Origin: a virus
Taxonomy: Duplodnaviria > Caudoviricetes
Length of the DNA stretch: 54,071 nt
IMG/VR virus record: IMGVR_UViG_3300025773_000002
Coordinates: 1-54,071 of that record
Direction: 5' to 3' (one strand)
Position 1 is the stretch's first letter. Every line of letters starts with the position of its first letter. The notes beneath the pieces were generated by a model. It made no database searches. It was not told the origin of the DNA and worked only from the letters and a program-made list of their open reading frames with translations. Positions 43,425-53,517 of the stretch are shown here, piece after piece. Both the position numbers and the translations under genes were made by a program.

Positions 43425-44363
43425 TTAAACAGGCTGTTCTTCTTCCTCTGGTTGCTCTTGTGATACATTAGAAGGAACCACTGGTTGAGATGGTGCAGTT
43501 GTTGCCGCTGGAATCATTCCACCAGTATTAAAATTTGGATTAATTTGCATTCCAGATGGAGTAGCCATTGGAGAAGCTGATGGTGCAGATTGCTGTGCAG
43601 GAGCAGTGGGAGCTGAAGGTGCAGTTGAAGGTGATGTAGGCTCTCCTGCTGATTGAAGTCTTTTAAGAACAGCGTTTCGATCTGCCCCTTGTGCAATTGC
43701 ATCTTTTGCATGAAGAGCATTTTCAAAGTTCGGATCGCTAAATCCAGGGCGGTCTTTTTTAAGTGCAACGTATTGATTGAGTTTCTGTTGGAACAATTGA
43801 GCGTTATCCATGTTTTTTCCAGTTACCCAATCAGATAACAAATCTTTTGCACCAGTAACATCTTTTCCTCCATTCCATAAATTCATTGCTCCTGCTCTAT
43901 ATTTTTGAAGCATTTGAGATGATTGACCACCTGTTTCTGGACGAGCAATTGGATTCCCACTTGCGTCTACTGGATGAGAAGCATTTGATGAATATAATCT
44001 TCCTGCATAATTTAATGCGGAACCTTGTAATCTAGCATTAGCCAATTCTCTAGCTCTAGCCATTTCGCTAACTTGTTGCATTCCAGTAATAAATTGATTG
44101 GACAAATGTTGAGTCAAAGGATTTTGACCAGCAAGGCCAGCGGCTTGAATTACATCTGACATACCACTTTGATCTCCACGGGCAACTTTTTGCATTCCAT
44201 TAGCATATTGCTGTTGGATCATAGGCAACATTGCTTGTGCCGATTGCGTAGCGGCATGAGTCTCAATAGCATGACCAATCTGTTGACCAAGACCAGCAAG
44301 TTGATTGGCAATATTTGCATTGCCAGATTCAATTGGAGCGAAATTATAATATCCTAATGCCAT
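43425..44363 (-). CDS. Internal virion / ejection protein
   Basis: Q/A/G-rich helical protein; podovirus synteny. Confidence 0.65.
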   Translation of the reverse strand: MALGYYNFAPIESGNANIANQLAGLGQQIGHAIETHAATQSAQAMLPMIQQQYANGMQKVARGDQSGMSDVIQAAGLAGQNPLTQHLSNQFITGMQQVSEMARARELANARLQGSALNYAGRLYSSNASHPVDASGNPIARPETGGQSSQMLQKYRAGAMNLWNGGKDVTGAKDLLSDWVTGKNMDNAQLFQQKLNQYVALKKDRPGFSDPNFENALHAKDAIAQGADRNAVLKRLQSAGEPTSPSTAPSAPTAPAQQSAPSASPMATPSGMQINPNFNTGGMIPAATTAPSQPVVPSNVSQEQPEEEEQPV

Positions 44364-44364
44364 A

Positions 44365-45399
44365 TCATCCAAAAGTTAGACCGCTAGTATAGTTAAGAGC
44401 AGGATTTAATCCACTACCAAAACTTGCTCCGCTTGAATAAATAGATGGTAACGCCCCTGCTGATTGTGCAAATGGTGTGCTTGCGGCTGGATTTGTATAT
44501 CCAGTTCCCATAAGTGTGGTTTGTGCCCCTTGTGCTGGATTATAAGATGCTCCAGTTCCCATACCACCATAATATTGCCCCATTATTCCAGCATTCATGA
44601 GTGCCCCTCCAGCACTTCCTAAAGCACCAAGTCCTTGTGCAATTCCTTGAGTTCCAGCTTGCTGTGCCCCATATTGGTTCATTGCCGCTTGATATTGATT
44701 TTCAGCTTGCGTTGCTCCTTGACCAGCGGCATATCCTGCCAATTGAGTTCCAGCACCAATTGCACCAAGTCCAAGTTGAGTTGCCGTTACTGGTGAAACA
44801 ACCATTGTATTAGCAAGCTGTTGCCATGTAGGGGCGGCACTCAATCCATATTGGGAAAGACCAAGGCTAGTCTGACCAAGATTACGAGCAAAATTTTGTG
44901 GAGCTTGTCCACCACCAGAGAAAAGATTGAATCCACCACCAAGGTTCTGTGCTACTTCACGATTGATATTCTGCTGAACATCAAGAGGAACTTGACCTTG
45001 GATGTAGGAATTAATTTGACGGAGTGCTTCTTCCCTTTGTGCAGAAGATCCAGGTGTAACTTTATTCTGTAGGGCAATCTGTTGTGCAGTTGCTTGTGGT
45101 GCAAACTGCATTCCCTCTTGTGTGGCTTGATTAAAAGCATTAGATCCAAAACCCAATGCTTGAGGAGCCATTTGAGCAAACTGTTGTTGCTCCAATCCTA
45201 ATGCTTGTTGAGGATTATATCCTGGTGCTTTCTTTGAAGCGTTATAAATACCTAAACCAAGGCTTCCAATTCCACCAATTGCCGCACCAGCCGCACCAAT
45301 TCCAAGTGCTGTAGTTGCACTCAATCCCAAGGTTTCAAACACAGGCATTTTACGATGCCTATGCTCTGCAATAGTCTGTGCTGGCGTTATAAATCTCAT
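44365..45399 (-). CDS. Internal virion / pilot protein
   Basis: Gly/Ala-rich hydrophobic N-terminal segment, Q-rich. Confidence 0.65.
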   Translation of the reverse strand: MRFITPAQTIAEHRHRKMPVFETLGLSATTALGIGAAGAAIGGIGSLGLGIYNASKKAPGYNPQQALGLEQQQFAQMAPQALGFGSNAFNQATQEGMQFAPQATAQQIALQNKVTPGSSAQREEALRQINSYIQGQVPLDVQQNINREVAQNLGGGFNLFSGGGQAPQNFARNLGQTSLGLSQYGLSAAPTWQQLANTMVVSPVTATQLGLGAIGAGTQLAGYAAGQGATQAENQYQAAMNQYGAQQAGTQGIAQGLGALGSAGGALMNAGIMGQYYGGMGTGASYNPAQGAQTTLMGTGYTNPAASTPFAQSAGALPSIYSSGASFGSGLNPALNYTSGLTFG

Positions 45400-45884
45400 G
45401 CGAGTTGTAGTTCTTTATGAATCAGACTTGGGCTTACATTTTTTTTCCACATACTAAATTCTGGTTTAGATGTGTCAATTAATGGATTTTCGTTAGGTTC
45501 AGACAATCTTATCACCATTTCATCTGGATCTTCAATATTATCTGGATTTGAGTGACAAGTTACCCAAATAGTATCTTCTATATTATAAAGAAATCTCTTT
45601 GTCCCTGGTCTTGTAATTCCCATATCACCAGCTTCATAAAGTGCCTCTCTCTCAAACTCACCATTTTCTAATGCTTTAAGAACAGCAACTCTTCCTTTAA
45701 GGATAAAAAAAGGATGCGTTGTTTTATGTTTTAAGGAAACAACCAGACTTCCTGCTGGCATTAAAATTTTACGGGTATAAATTTCTGGCGTAAAGAAATG
45801 TTCTAATGGACATTGCACTTGCGGAGCATTTCCAATTTGATGCTCAATCTTATCCATAGAATTTATTTGGGATATTTCTTTCAT
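45396..45884 (-). CDS. Cupin-fold protein
   Basis: HFF...YTRKI.MPAG..V...H...H.F.ILKG..GTKR..W.T.H.NP. Confidence 0.7.
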   Translation of the reverse strand: MKEISQINSMDKIEHQIGNAPQVQCPLEHFFTPEIYTRKILMPAGSLVVSLKHKTTHPFFILKGRVAVLKALENGEFEREALYEAGDMGITRPGTKRFLYNIEDTIWVTCHSNPDNIEDPDEMVIRLSEPNENPLIDTSKPEFSMWKKNVSPSLIHKELQLA

Positions 45885-45885
45885 A

Positions 45886-46893
45886 TCAATAAGGCCATGC
45901 CGCACCATCATCCCACGCATATGTAGGAATCAAAGCATTAAGCATCATGTTATTTTGGAATTGCCTAATGGCACTACCAGTAGGCTCTTCTCTGTCAGCA
46001 GTCTCTCTGTTGACTTCAAAGATAGCGTTCTGGAGGGAAACATTGTAAAGCTGATCACTACCCTTGTTCTCACGATAGACAACTGCCATTACAGCAGAGA
46101 TCATTGCCTCTGGAGTAAATTCTACTTGCTCATTGAGATCGGTAAGATCGTAGTAATTTTTCTTACAATAAAGAATTACCGAATCCTTTACCTTACCTTG
46201 GATGAAGTACCTACGGAAAGATGGGTTGATGTCGTAGGGTTGGTAAACCGATAGCAACATCCTTGCACTATTATCTACGTCCCATGAGTACAGTCTGATG
46301 CGTCCAGCAGTCTGTGACTTCGTGCAAGCAAAGACAGTCTTGAAGAAATTAACGGAGTAAGCAAACGATGGAGCAATTCCAATAGTAATCGTCTCGCTGA
46401 TGCGTGTGCCGTATGCATCCTCACCAAAGAAAGTAATCTGCTTTCCTGCATCAAGGGGAGACTCGGCTTCTACTGCAAGCTGATAAGGAGCAATATCATA
46501 GTTCTGGAAGGTAACGTGCTTGCCTCCCACCTCAATGAATTTCTTGTTGCCACCATTCCATGCATACCCTTGTCCCCAGCCGTTTCCATAACCACCACTG
46601 GCGGCATCACCCCACGAATCTTGGGGGATACTCTGATACCATTCGTTACCCAAGGAGACAGGATTTCCATCAATCCACGCAAGCCTGACTTGCTTGTATA
46701 TGCTAGGCAGAGTCAATAGCTGATTGACGCATTTGATGCATACATAATCACAAGTGGCATCGCTATCGGTTTTGTTCCAAAGCAGACTACGAGCCTTGTT
46801 CATGTACTGAAGCTGTACCGCTTGATTGCAAGTACCACTATTCCCTGCATAGGGACGGATAGTGTTCAGTATGTATGCAACGTCAAATAGCAT
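45886..46893 (-). CDS. Head-tail adaptor / tail tubular protein (putative)
   Basis: Position and helical-beta-helical layout. Confidence 0.55.
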   Translation of the reverse strand: MLFDVAYILNTIRPYAGNSGTCNQAVQLQYMNKARSLLWNKTDSDATCDYVCIKCVNQLLTLPSIYKQVRLAWIDGNPVSLGNEWYQSIPQDSWGDAASGGYGNGWGQGYAWNGGNKKFIEVGGKHVTFQNYDIAPYQLAVEAESPLDAGKQITFFGEDAYGTRISETITIGIAPSFAYSVNFFKTVFACTKSQTAGRIRLYSWDVDNSARMLLSVYQPYDINPSFRRYFIQGKVKDSVILYCKKNYYDLTDLNEQVEFTPEAMISAVMAVVYRENKGSDQLYNVSLQNAIFEVNRETADREEPTGSAIRQFQNNMMLNALIPTYAWDDGAAWPY

Positions 46894-47060
46894 TAGATCA
46901 TTTCTCCACGGGTTATCGGATGACCTACTAGAGAGCGAGTCATAGGACGTTTTGGGCCAGTAGTGGTCTTCACATCCGTCAGTTTGATTGACGGAGATTG
47001 CTTGACCTTGAGCATTTTGCTCCTCATCGCCCCGATTTTAGGGAGCTTTGGAAGAGCCAT
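46893..47060 (-). CDS. Small basic protein
   Basis: MALPKLPKIGAMRSK...; tightly packed in the operon. Confidence 0.5.
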   Translation of the reverse strand: MALPKLPKIGAMRSKMLKVKQSPSIKLTDVKTTTGPKRPMTRSLVGHPITRGEMI

Positions 47061-47061
47061 A

Positions 47062-47307
47062 TTACAGGAAGTCGCTATTGAAGGGAGTACCCTTACCCAT
47101 AGTAGTCTCATTAGCTGGCCCACCTACAGAGAATGCTCTCTGGTTGGACTCACCAATGGACTTGATACGAGCTGTACGAGCGTCCTTGTACGCACGAATG
47201 GTAGGAATATCTCCCTTGATCTGCACCCTCTGCATAGGTTGAGGGGTAGCATGATCGGAGACAATGCCCCTTTCGGTGTTGTCGTATGTGTATTGTTCGC
47301 CAGCCAT
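47062..47307 (-). CDS. Small hypothetical late protein
   Basis: 1-nt spacing to both neighbours. Confidence 0.55.
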   Translation of the reverse strand: MAGEQYTYDNTERGIVSDHATPQPMQRVQIKGDIPTIRAYKDARTARIKSIGESNQRAFSVGGPANETTMGKGTPFNSDFL

Positions 47308-47308
47308 A

Positions 47309-47491
47309 TTACTTCTTGGAAGAACCACGACCTGGGGAAGTGGGTTCGGGCTGGAGTTTGCCAGCGTAGAAAATTCCGCTGAACTCCGTACCCTTTGGAT
47401 GATTGCTCATCCCTTCTTTGATGGTTCCACGAGTGGACATTCCATCGCTCTGAAGTTTAGGCTCTGTTGCCCTGTTGATGTCTTTAGCCAT
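47309..47491 (-). CDS. Small hypothetical late protein
   Basis: AC-rich leader. Confidence 0.55.
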   Translation of the reverse strand: MAKDINRATEPKLQSDGMSTRGTIKEGMSNHPKGTEFSGIFYAGKLQPEPTSPGRGSSKK

Positions 47492-47515
47492 ATGTTTAGT
47501 TTGTTGTTAGTTTAG

Positions 47516-47989
47516 TTAGGTTGATGCGATAGATTGAACTGACCAGTTTACTTTAGTGTAATTTGTAACAGTTGGAAGAACAATTTGGAAGCCAGTAGTT
47601 GTTTGGCTACCATCAATAATAGACCAAGAATTAGCAGGAGCAGTAGTAGTTCCTGATGCACTCACAAAATAAGCTGTAATAATGTAACTTGTATTTGGCA
47701 TTGCAGTAGCAAAAGTAACAATATTTAACCCCGAAGTTGGAGATGAAATTGTTCCACTTTGAACATTAACAGCCAAAGCATTGTACTCATTCTGAAGGTT
47801 TTGGATATTCTGATTGATCGTAGCAATCTGTGCAGGAGTAACTTGCCCAAGGCCAGGGATATTTACCGTACCGTTATTCAGATACAACTGGATAAAACTG
47901 TTAAGAATATCACTCCACTTACCCTCTGGACAATAATTGCTAGGGACAGTTGGGAAAAGCAGTTGTGCTGGAGAACTCTGGTTCTGCAT
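47516..47989 (-). CDS. Short tail fibre/needle protein
   Basis: Short coiled coil then VQSGT..VTF..AM.NTSY..TTTGF beta domain. Confidence 0.6.
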   Translation of the reverse strand: MQNQSSPAQLLFPTVPSNYCPEGKWSDILNSFIQLYLNNGTVNIPGLGQVTPAQIATINQNIQNLQNEYNALAVNVQSGTISSPTSGLNIVTFATAMPNTSYIITAYFVSASGTTTAPANSWSIIDGSQTTTGFQIVLPTVTNYTKVNWSVQSIAST

Positions 47990-48033
47990 AATTATTTGAG
48001 TTGTAACCTTATTTTAAGTAATTAGCAATCCTT

Positions 48034-50238
48034 TTATCCAGAGACAGAAGATATGGCAGTTGGAAGGGGAACTATACGATAGTAATCAAGATCAGGTTGG
48101 CAAGGGCATTGCACTGGTTCTGGATCATTATAGAAAGTATCAGGACAATCTCCAGCAGGGAGATCCAATGAGTCATTGAAGATTCCAGAGAGACGAACCC
48201 TATCCACAATGCAAGCTCCTGTAATGTCTATCTTGAATTGGAACTCGGCTCCCTCTTGTGGGGAAATCTGACCAAATGTTTCGCAATCGTTAATGTCAGG
48301 AGATGGGAACTTCAACTGCTGATAGCGAGGTTGAGATATTGCTGGAACACATCCAGAAGTGATAGGGGTACATTCATCCAAACCAACCGTTATGGGTTGA
48401 GAGAGAGTAAAGAAACAAGCATAGGAATCTGGACGATACTCACAAGCCACAGTAACAGCTTCCTTGAGATTGGAGATCCAGACTTCACCACCAGCAAGTT
48501 GCTTACGAACGAACTTTGATGCACCTGGGTTTGGCGTAAAATCATATCTCTTGGTAATAAAATACGAACCAATTGGAACACTTCCGTATTTTACGGAGTA
48601 ATCATCTACGCCAGTAAGCAACGAGCTACTACTCTGAAGTTCGTAAAGACGATTAATATTGTCAGCATCAAATGAGAAAGCAAACCCACGTTGGACACCA
48701 TTGATTTGAGCTGTGGATAATTGAGTAGGTTGTGGGCCTTCCCATAGACCATTCCATCGTGTAGGCATGGATGCATCTGGAGATATCCTACTTTCTTGTT
48801 CAACGTCTAGGACAATCATTGCCCTACTAGGACGATGCAATCCACAAACAGATGGATCAGCAGTAGAAACAGTGAAAGGAGATACGGTTGCTATGAGTCG
48901 ATTGTCAAAGAACATTGCACTCTCAAATTGCCTCAACCAAGGAGTATCATAGTTTACCCAAGGCTGAACTTCACGGGAGATTTTACGGAAGGAAAGAGCC
49001 TCATAGAAATCTACTTGAGCATTGTTGTAGAAAGCCCATCCATCGTCACAACGGAAATAGACATCGTTGTTGACTCCAGTAATGCTCCAAGGGGATCTGC
49101 AACCACGACCAATAAGAGAAACCTTCTGGATGTTGTTGGCTTGCCATGTTGTGCGATCTTGGGAGAGATCAAGAGTAAATGATCCGTTCTCACAGAATAC
49201 TACAAGCTCACCTTGACCACGCACATTGATGTTGAGGGACGGCATGATCCTCATGCCTGTAATCAATCCAAGATTAGCAGGGGGAGTAAATGAACCACCT
49301 TCTTGCCAATAAGTTTGCTCGGTAAAGTTTTGGGTGTTGGATGTCGTTGTGAATCCGTTTCCGTAGATGATGTCAGAAATGTAGATGTTGTTGTTGGCAT
49401 CACTCACTGCTACACGACCGTAGGCATATGCCATGATTGTTCCAATCGGCATCTGTTGCTTAACAGGGTTAAGTCTAAAACAAGTATTTGGTTGTGCCGC
49501 TGTGATGGTTGTATTGCCAGCGTTAGTTGTAGCAATATTTGACCAAGGAGTAGATGAACCATCTGGAAATACGCTACGGACTTGGAACTCGTATTGAGTC
49601 GTTGAATTAACAGCAGAAAAACTATATCCAACCTGTCCATACGAAACTATGGCAATCGTACTAAATATTGTGCTACCAGATTGAACTTGAATTTCGTTTG
49701 AAGCCGCACCAGGAGCATTATCCGTCCAAGTTAAATTAATAGTTGTAGATCCATTTCCTTGTGCTTGGAGATTTGTTGGAACACCAGATATATCTCCCGA
49801 CCATGCAATAGGATCTTGGTATCCGTTTTGGATATACATCCAATCTTCAGCTTGAACAAACCATGTATGCATCATGGTTGGATCATTTCCATCAATGAGT
49901 TTGTAAAGAGTGCCTACATTGTTAACGATAGAAACAAAGTAAATTGTTCCTGCAACTGAAACTACAAACCCATCTAGTGAGCCAGATTTGATTGCCTTGT
50001 AAGGCCAAGCACCTTGGAAGTTTCCAGTTTGGAATGCAGTAAGGATAGATGGATCTTGTCCATATGCTGGCGTAATTGGGATCTCCGTAAATGGAGGACG
50101 AGTAGCATTTACTCCTTGTCTAAAAGATCGGTTTACGCACGATGAAACATATTCCGCTGGAAGGATTGACGGATGCGTTTCCGCATCCATTCCAATCGTT
50201 ATCGTAGAACCATCGTAGACTCTGCCATCGCTCGCCAT
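48034..50238 (-). CDS. Tail nozzle / DNA stabilisation protein (P22 gp10-like) with FN3 insertion
   Basis: 734-aa beta-propeller-like protein, GRGCRSPWSI motif; FN3 at about 49525-49785. Confidence 0.7.
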   Translation of the reverse strand: MASDGRVYDGSTITIGMDAETHPSILPAEYVSSCVNRSFRQGVNATRPPFTEIPITPAYGQDPSILTAFQTGNFQGAWPYKAIKSGSLDGFVVSVAGTIYFVSIVNNVGTLYKLIDGNDPTMMHTWFVQAEDWMYIQNGYQDPIAWSGDISGVPTNLQAQGNGSTTINLTWTDNAPGAASNEIQVQSGSTIFSTIAIVSYGQVGYSFSAVNSTTQYEFQVRSVFPDGSSTPWSNIATTNAGNTTITAAQPNTCFRLNPVKQQMPIGTIMAYAYGRVAVSDANNNIYISDIIYGNGFTTTSNTQNFTEQTYWQEGGSFTPPANLGLITGMRIMPSLNINVRGQGELVVFCENGSFTLDLSQDRTTWQANNIQKVSLIGRGCRSPWSITGVNNDVYFRCDDGWAFYNNAQVDFYEALSFRKISREVQPWVNYDTPWLRQFESAMFFDNRLIATVSPFTVSTADPSVCGLHRPSRAMIVLDVEQESRISPDASMPTRWNGLWEGPQPTQLSTAQINGVQRGFAFSFDADNINRLYELQSSSSLLTGVDDYSVKYGSVPIGSYFITKRYDFTPNPGASKFVRKQLAGGEVWISNLKEAVTVACEYRPDSYACFFTLSQPITVGLDECTPITSGCVPAISQPRYQQLKFPSPDINDCETFGQISPQEGAEFQFKIDITGACIVDRVRLSGIFNDSLDLPAGDCPDTFYNDPEPVQCPCQPDLDYYRIVPLPTAISSVSG

Positions 50239-50244
50239 TTTTGG

Positions 50245-51456
50245 CTAGATTTTTATGCAGTAAACCATTGCAAGGTTTACAGGACGAGTTTCTGTTCCGT
50301 AGCGAGGAGTTCCATTTGTTCCATCAGTAATCTCGCCGGTCGTTGTTTTAGCAGATCCAGTTAATCCAGATCCAGATCCACCAGCAAATGTATTTGATAC
50401 CGCAGTTCCACTATAAGAATGTTCATGTCCTTGGAAATTATCAGCTTGGATGGTTCCAATAGTTCCAGCGGAATATGTTACACCACCAGATGTTTGAGAT
50501 CCAGCACCACGGATAAACAAACCAGATAGGTTTGGAACACCAAATGTTCCAGTGCTTCCTCCATAAGTATTACCTAACAATGCTCCAAGGGTAGGATATA
50601 CCGCTGTTGTATATACTGAACCATCACACAACAACCATCCAGCAGGAACAATACCAGTAGTTACATTATAAGCAAATGGAAGAACAGCACCAGATGGCAC
50701 ACTGGTTCCTGTGATTGCAGTAGCGGCAACTGCATAAGGATTGCCATTGGCATCAAATGATACTACCTGTCCAGAAGAACCAGTAAGTTGTGCCACACTT
50801 CCAAGGGTTCCGCTTACACTTGGCCTATAAACCAATCCTTGTGATGGAACAATATTCTCAATCGTTCCCCATGCAGTTGTAGTTCCACTAGGTGATATAA
50901 CGGGGAATTGAGTTTCAGAAGATGTTGAAGGCTTAAATGCAACAAGCTGACCAGTAGGAGTAGTTCCTTGAATTGCCCCAACTATTGTAGATGATACTTG
51001 ATTTGAAGAAACTATAGAAGCAGTTCCAGTTCCAGATCCCACTCCTGTAGCAGTAAATGTAACACCTACTGTATTTGCGGATGCTCCAATAGAAGTCCAG
51101 CTAGTTGTACCAACAAAAACAATGGTATAAGAATTACCAGCAATGATATTTTGTGCTGGATAAATAGCACCGTTACTACCTCCCAAGAAAATAGGATTAC
51201 TTGAAGATCCATCTCCCCAATTTACAAGTCCAGTTGATTGATTGTAAGTAAGAATGCTATTTGATAAAATAGTAGGTACAGTGTACTTACAAGAAGAGTA
51301 ATCCTCACCAACTACACGCTGGATCACACCCGTACCAAGAGCTGTACAAGTTGTGGGGAAATTAGGGTTACAGGCTGAAGGTGCGTATTGGACGGTGTTA
51401 TCACATCCACACCCACCGTAGTATCCCGATCCAGTATTGTTACATCCGCAAGCCAT
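50245..51456 (-). CDS. Tail fibre with collar domain
   Basis: PSGAVLPFA..PAGWLLCDG..YPTL..FGVPNLSGLFIRG..ETRPVNLAMVYCIK. Confidence 0.85.
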   Translation of the reverse strand: MACGCNNTGSGYYGGCGCDNTVQYAPSACNPNFPTTCTALGTGVIQRVVGEDYSSCKYTVPTILSNSILTYNQSTGLVNWGDGSSSNPIFLGGSNGAIYPAQNIIAGNSYTIVFVGTTSWTSIGASANTVGVTFTATGVGSGTGTASIVSSNQVSSTIVGAIQGTTPTGQLVAFKPSTSSETQFPVISPSGTTTAWGTIENIVPSQGLVYRPSVSGTLGSVAQLTGSSGQVVSFDANGNPYAVAATAITGTSVPSGAVLPFAYNVTTGIVPAGWLLCDGSVYTTAVYPTLGALLGNTYGGSTGTFGVPNLSGLFIRGAGSQTSGGVTYSAGTIGTIQADNFQGHEHSYSGTAVSNTFAGGSGSGLTGSAKTTTGEITDGTNGTPRYGTETRPVNLAMVYCIKI

Positions 51457-51497
51457 AGTTTTTTAGTTGTAGTTGGTTTTTAAGAAAAGATCAATAG

Positions 51498-52478
51498 TTA
51501 TGTAGTATATGTGCCGTTACCAGTAAAAGTCAAAATGGTGTTTCCTGCTCCATCAGATGATGGTGTGGCATTAGTATAAACACCAGAGAAATATTGATTA
51601 GGAATAGAAAGTATGGCAACTCCCTGTACTGCTGGCGTTGATCCAACTCCATCTATACCACCATTCCCTCCACTTCCATATCCACCCCATCCCGTACCAT
51701 TGGCTCCTGCTACATCATTTCCAGCACCTCCACCTCCAGCAGAATAATACTTGGATGTTCCAGTAATAGAAGATTGGTATCCTGTTCCTCCTGTGCCACC
51801 GACATCAAATCCTGTAATTCCATTAACATATCCAATAGAACCAATACTTGATGCACCACCACCCCCTCCTCCACCATGAATATTTCCTATTGCTCCAGAA
51901 AATCCTTGTGATGCTATAGATGATCCTGCTGATCCAAATCCACCACCACCCCCTCCTCCAGAGCCACCATTTAATCCAGAAGAATTACCAGATTCTCCAC
52001 CACCACCACCACCTCCGTAAGCAATTATATTTTGAGATGCAAAAGATAAAGTTGTATTTCCTCCAGTTTTACCTGCACCGCCATTTGATCCATTTGATCC
52101 AGCAATTCCTACTGATACATTAATTATATTTGTACTGCTTAATGCAATGGATGATGTCAATATACCTCCACCACCTCCACCTCCTTGTGGACTTCCTGTA
52201 GAATCACCGCATCCTCCTCCTCCACCAACTAGAAGATAATTAATAGTAATACTGGCAAAATATCTTAATTTAGACAAAACCCCTTGTGCTGTGGCACACA
52301 AAAGAAATGGTGCGTTAGACACATTGGAATGCTGAATGTAGGGAAGATTAATTGGAAGCTGATTACTTCCATCTGCAACGACAAACTTCTGTCCATCCCA
52401 AGTAACAAGGGAGGGATTAGATCCAGGGACTATTGGGTATTGGTTTCCACACCCACAGAAGTTGGTTGTGCCATACAT
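51498..52478 (-). CDS. Glycine-rich tail fibre/adhesin
   Basis: YLLVGGGGG..GGGGGGG..AYGGGGGG glycine-rich domain. Confidence 0.75.
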   Translation of the reverse strand: MYGTTNFCGCGNQYPIVPGSNPSLVTWDGQKFVVADGSNQLPINLPYIQHSNVSNAPFLLCATAQGVLSKLRYFASITINYLLVGGGGGCGDSTGSPQGGGGGGGILTSSIALSSTNIINVSVGIAGSNGSNGGAGKTGGNTTLSFASQNIIAYGGGGGGGESGNSSGLNGGSGGGGGGGFGSAGSSIASQGFSGAIGNIHGGGGGGGASSIGSIGYVNGITGFDVGGTGGTGYQSSITGTSKYYSAGGGGAGNDVAGANGTGWGGYGSGGNGGIDGVGSTPAVQGVAILSIPNQYFSGVYTNATPSSDGAGNTILTFTGNGTYTT

Positions 52479-52481
52479 GGG

Positions 52482-53279
52482 TTATCGCATTCTACGAGCC
52501 GTAAGATAACAAGCAATGCTTACATTTCCAGAGGTAAACAATGGAGCTTGAGCAAAAGCATAAACTGTGCCTCCTGTATTTTGAATAACATTTACAATTG
52601 GACTACTTAATTCTGCAACAAAAGTTACACCAGATAATGATGTAATTATTGGATATTGAAGTCTATTTGAAATTACAGGAGTTCCTGTTGCGGTGCTTAT
52701 TCCTGCTATAAATGCAGTAGAAGTTGATGTTGTAATGTTACTGCTATTAAATGAGAATACAGCAGAAAATTGCCAATCTCCATTGGTTAATGAAGGAGAA
52801 GAAGCTGATGTAATTGTTAACAACTCTTGTTGTTGACCAGATGTAAAAGCTACGTTTCCAGTTGACCAAGAAAGAACTTCTCCCACAAATCCAGTAGTAG
52901 CCGAAGTAACAGTTCCACTTACTCCTACAATTCCTGTCTGCCAAACAGTTGCAGTAGCACTACTATTTGTGGCTAGGATTTGATTTGATGTACCAATTCC
53001 AATGTTATTGTTGAAAAGATAATATCCTAATTGTCCATTTGAATCTGCTCCCAAATACCTATTTGCAATACCAGATACTTGTTGGACGTTTGGGAGATAA
53101 ATAGGAGCTTGGATAGATCCATCACCAAAACGAGTTACAGAACCATCATAAATAACCAAGGATGGGTTTTGGGGAATGTTTAACCTATTAATCTGGCTAC
53201 CATTCTGCCACACAAGCGGCCCAACTCCTTGGCTTGTAGGAGGGATAATGCTAATTGGGACTGTATTGTAGCAAGACAT
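52482..53279 (-). CDS. Tail fibre/spike protein
   Basis: Shared N-terminal module; G.VGE..L..GDW..ARRMR C-terminal beta domain. Confidence 0.7.
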   Translation of the reverse strand: MSCYNTVPISIIPPTSQGVGPLVWQNGSQINRLNIPQNPSLVIYDGSVTRFGDGSIQAPIYLPNVQQVSGIANRYLGADSNGQLGYYLFNNNIGIGTSNQILATNSSATATVWQTGIVGVSGTVTSATTGFVGEVLSWSTGNVAFTSGQQQELLTITSASSPSLTNGDWQFSAVFSFNSSNITTSTSTAFIAGISTATGTPVISNRLQYPIITSLSGVTFVAELSSPIVNVIQNTGGTVYAFAQAPLFTSGNVSIACYLTARRMR

Positions 53280-53280
53280 A

Positions 53281-53517
53281 TTAAACTATTTGAGATAGAG
53301 GAACTAACACAAATGTTCCAGTTGCGGTAAGTCCCACAACATATTGGATATTGGAAGCATTTGATTGTTGAAGATTTGGGAGGGAAATTGGGTTTTGGGT
53401 AGATCCATCTGCAACGACAAATGTTTGCCCATTCCATGTCTGGAGAGATGGATTAGGGGGCGTAGGCACAACATAGGAGTTATTTGTGCCACAACACTGT
53501 CCATTGTTATAATTCAT
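53281..53517 (-). CDS. Mini tail adaptor protein
   Basis: Consists almost only of the module shared with the three fibre genes. Confidence 0.65.
   Translation of the reverse strand: MNYNNGQCCGTNNSYVVPTPPNPSLQTWNGQTFVVADGSTQNPISLPNLQQSNASNIQYVVGLTATGTFVLVPLSQIV

Noticed and set aside
51690-52230. CCA/CCT triplet runs as a DNA repeat element or DGR target
   Set aside because: They encode poly-Gly tracts; no reverse transcriptase or template repeat was seen
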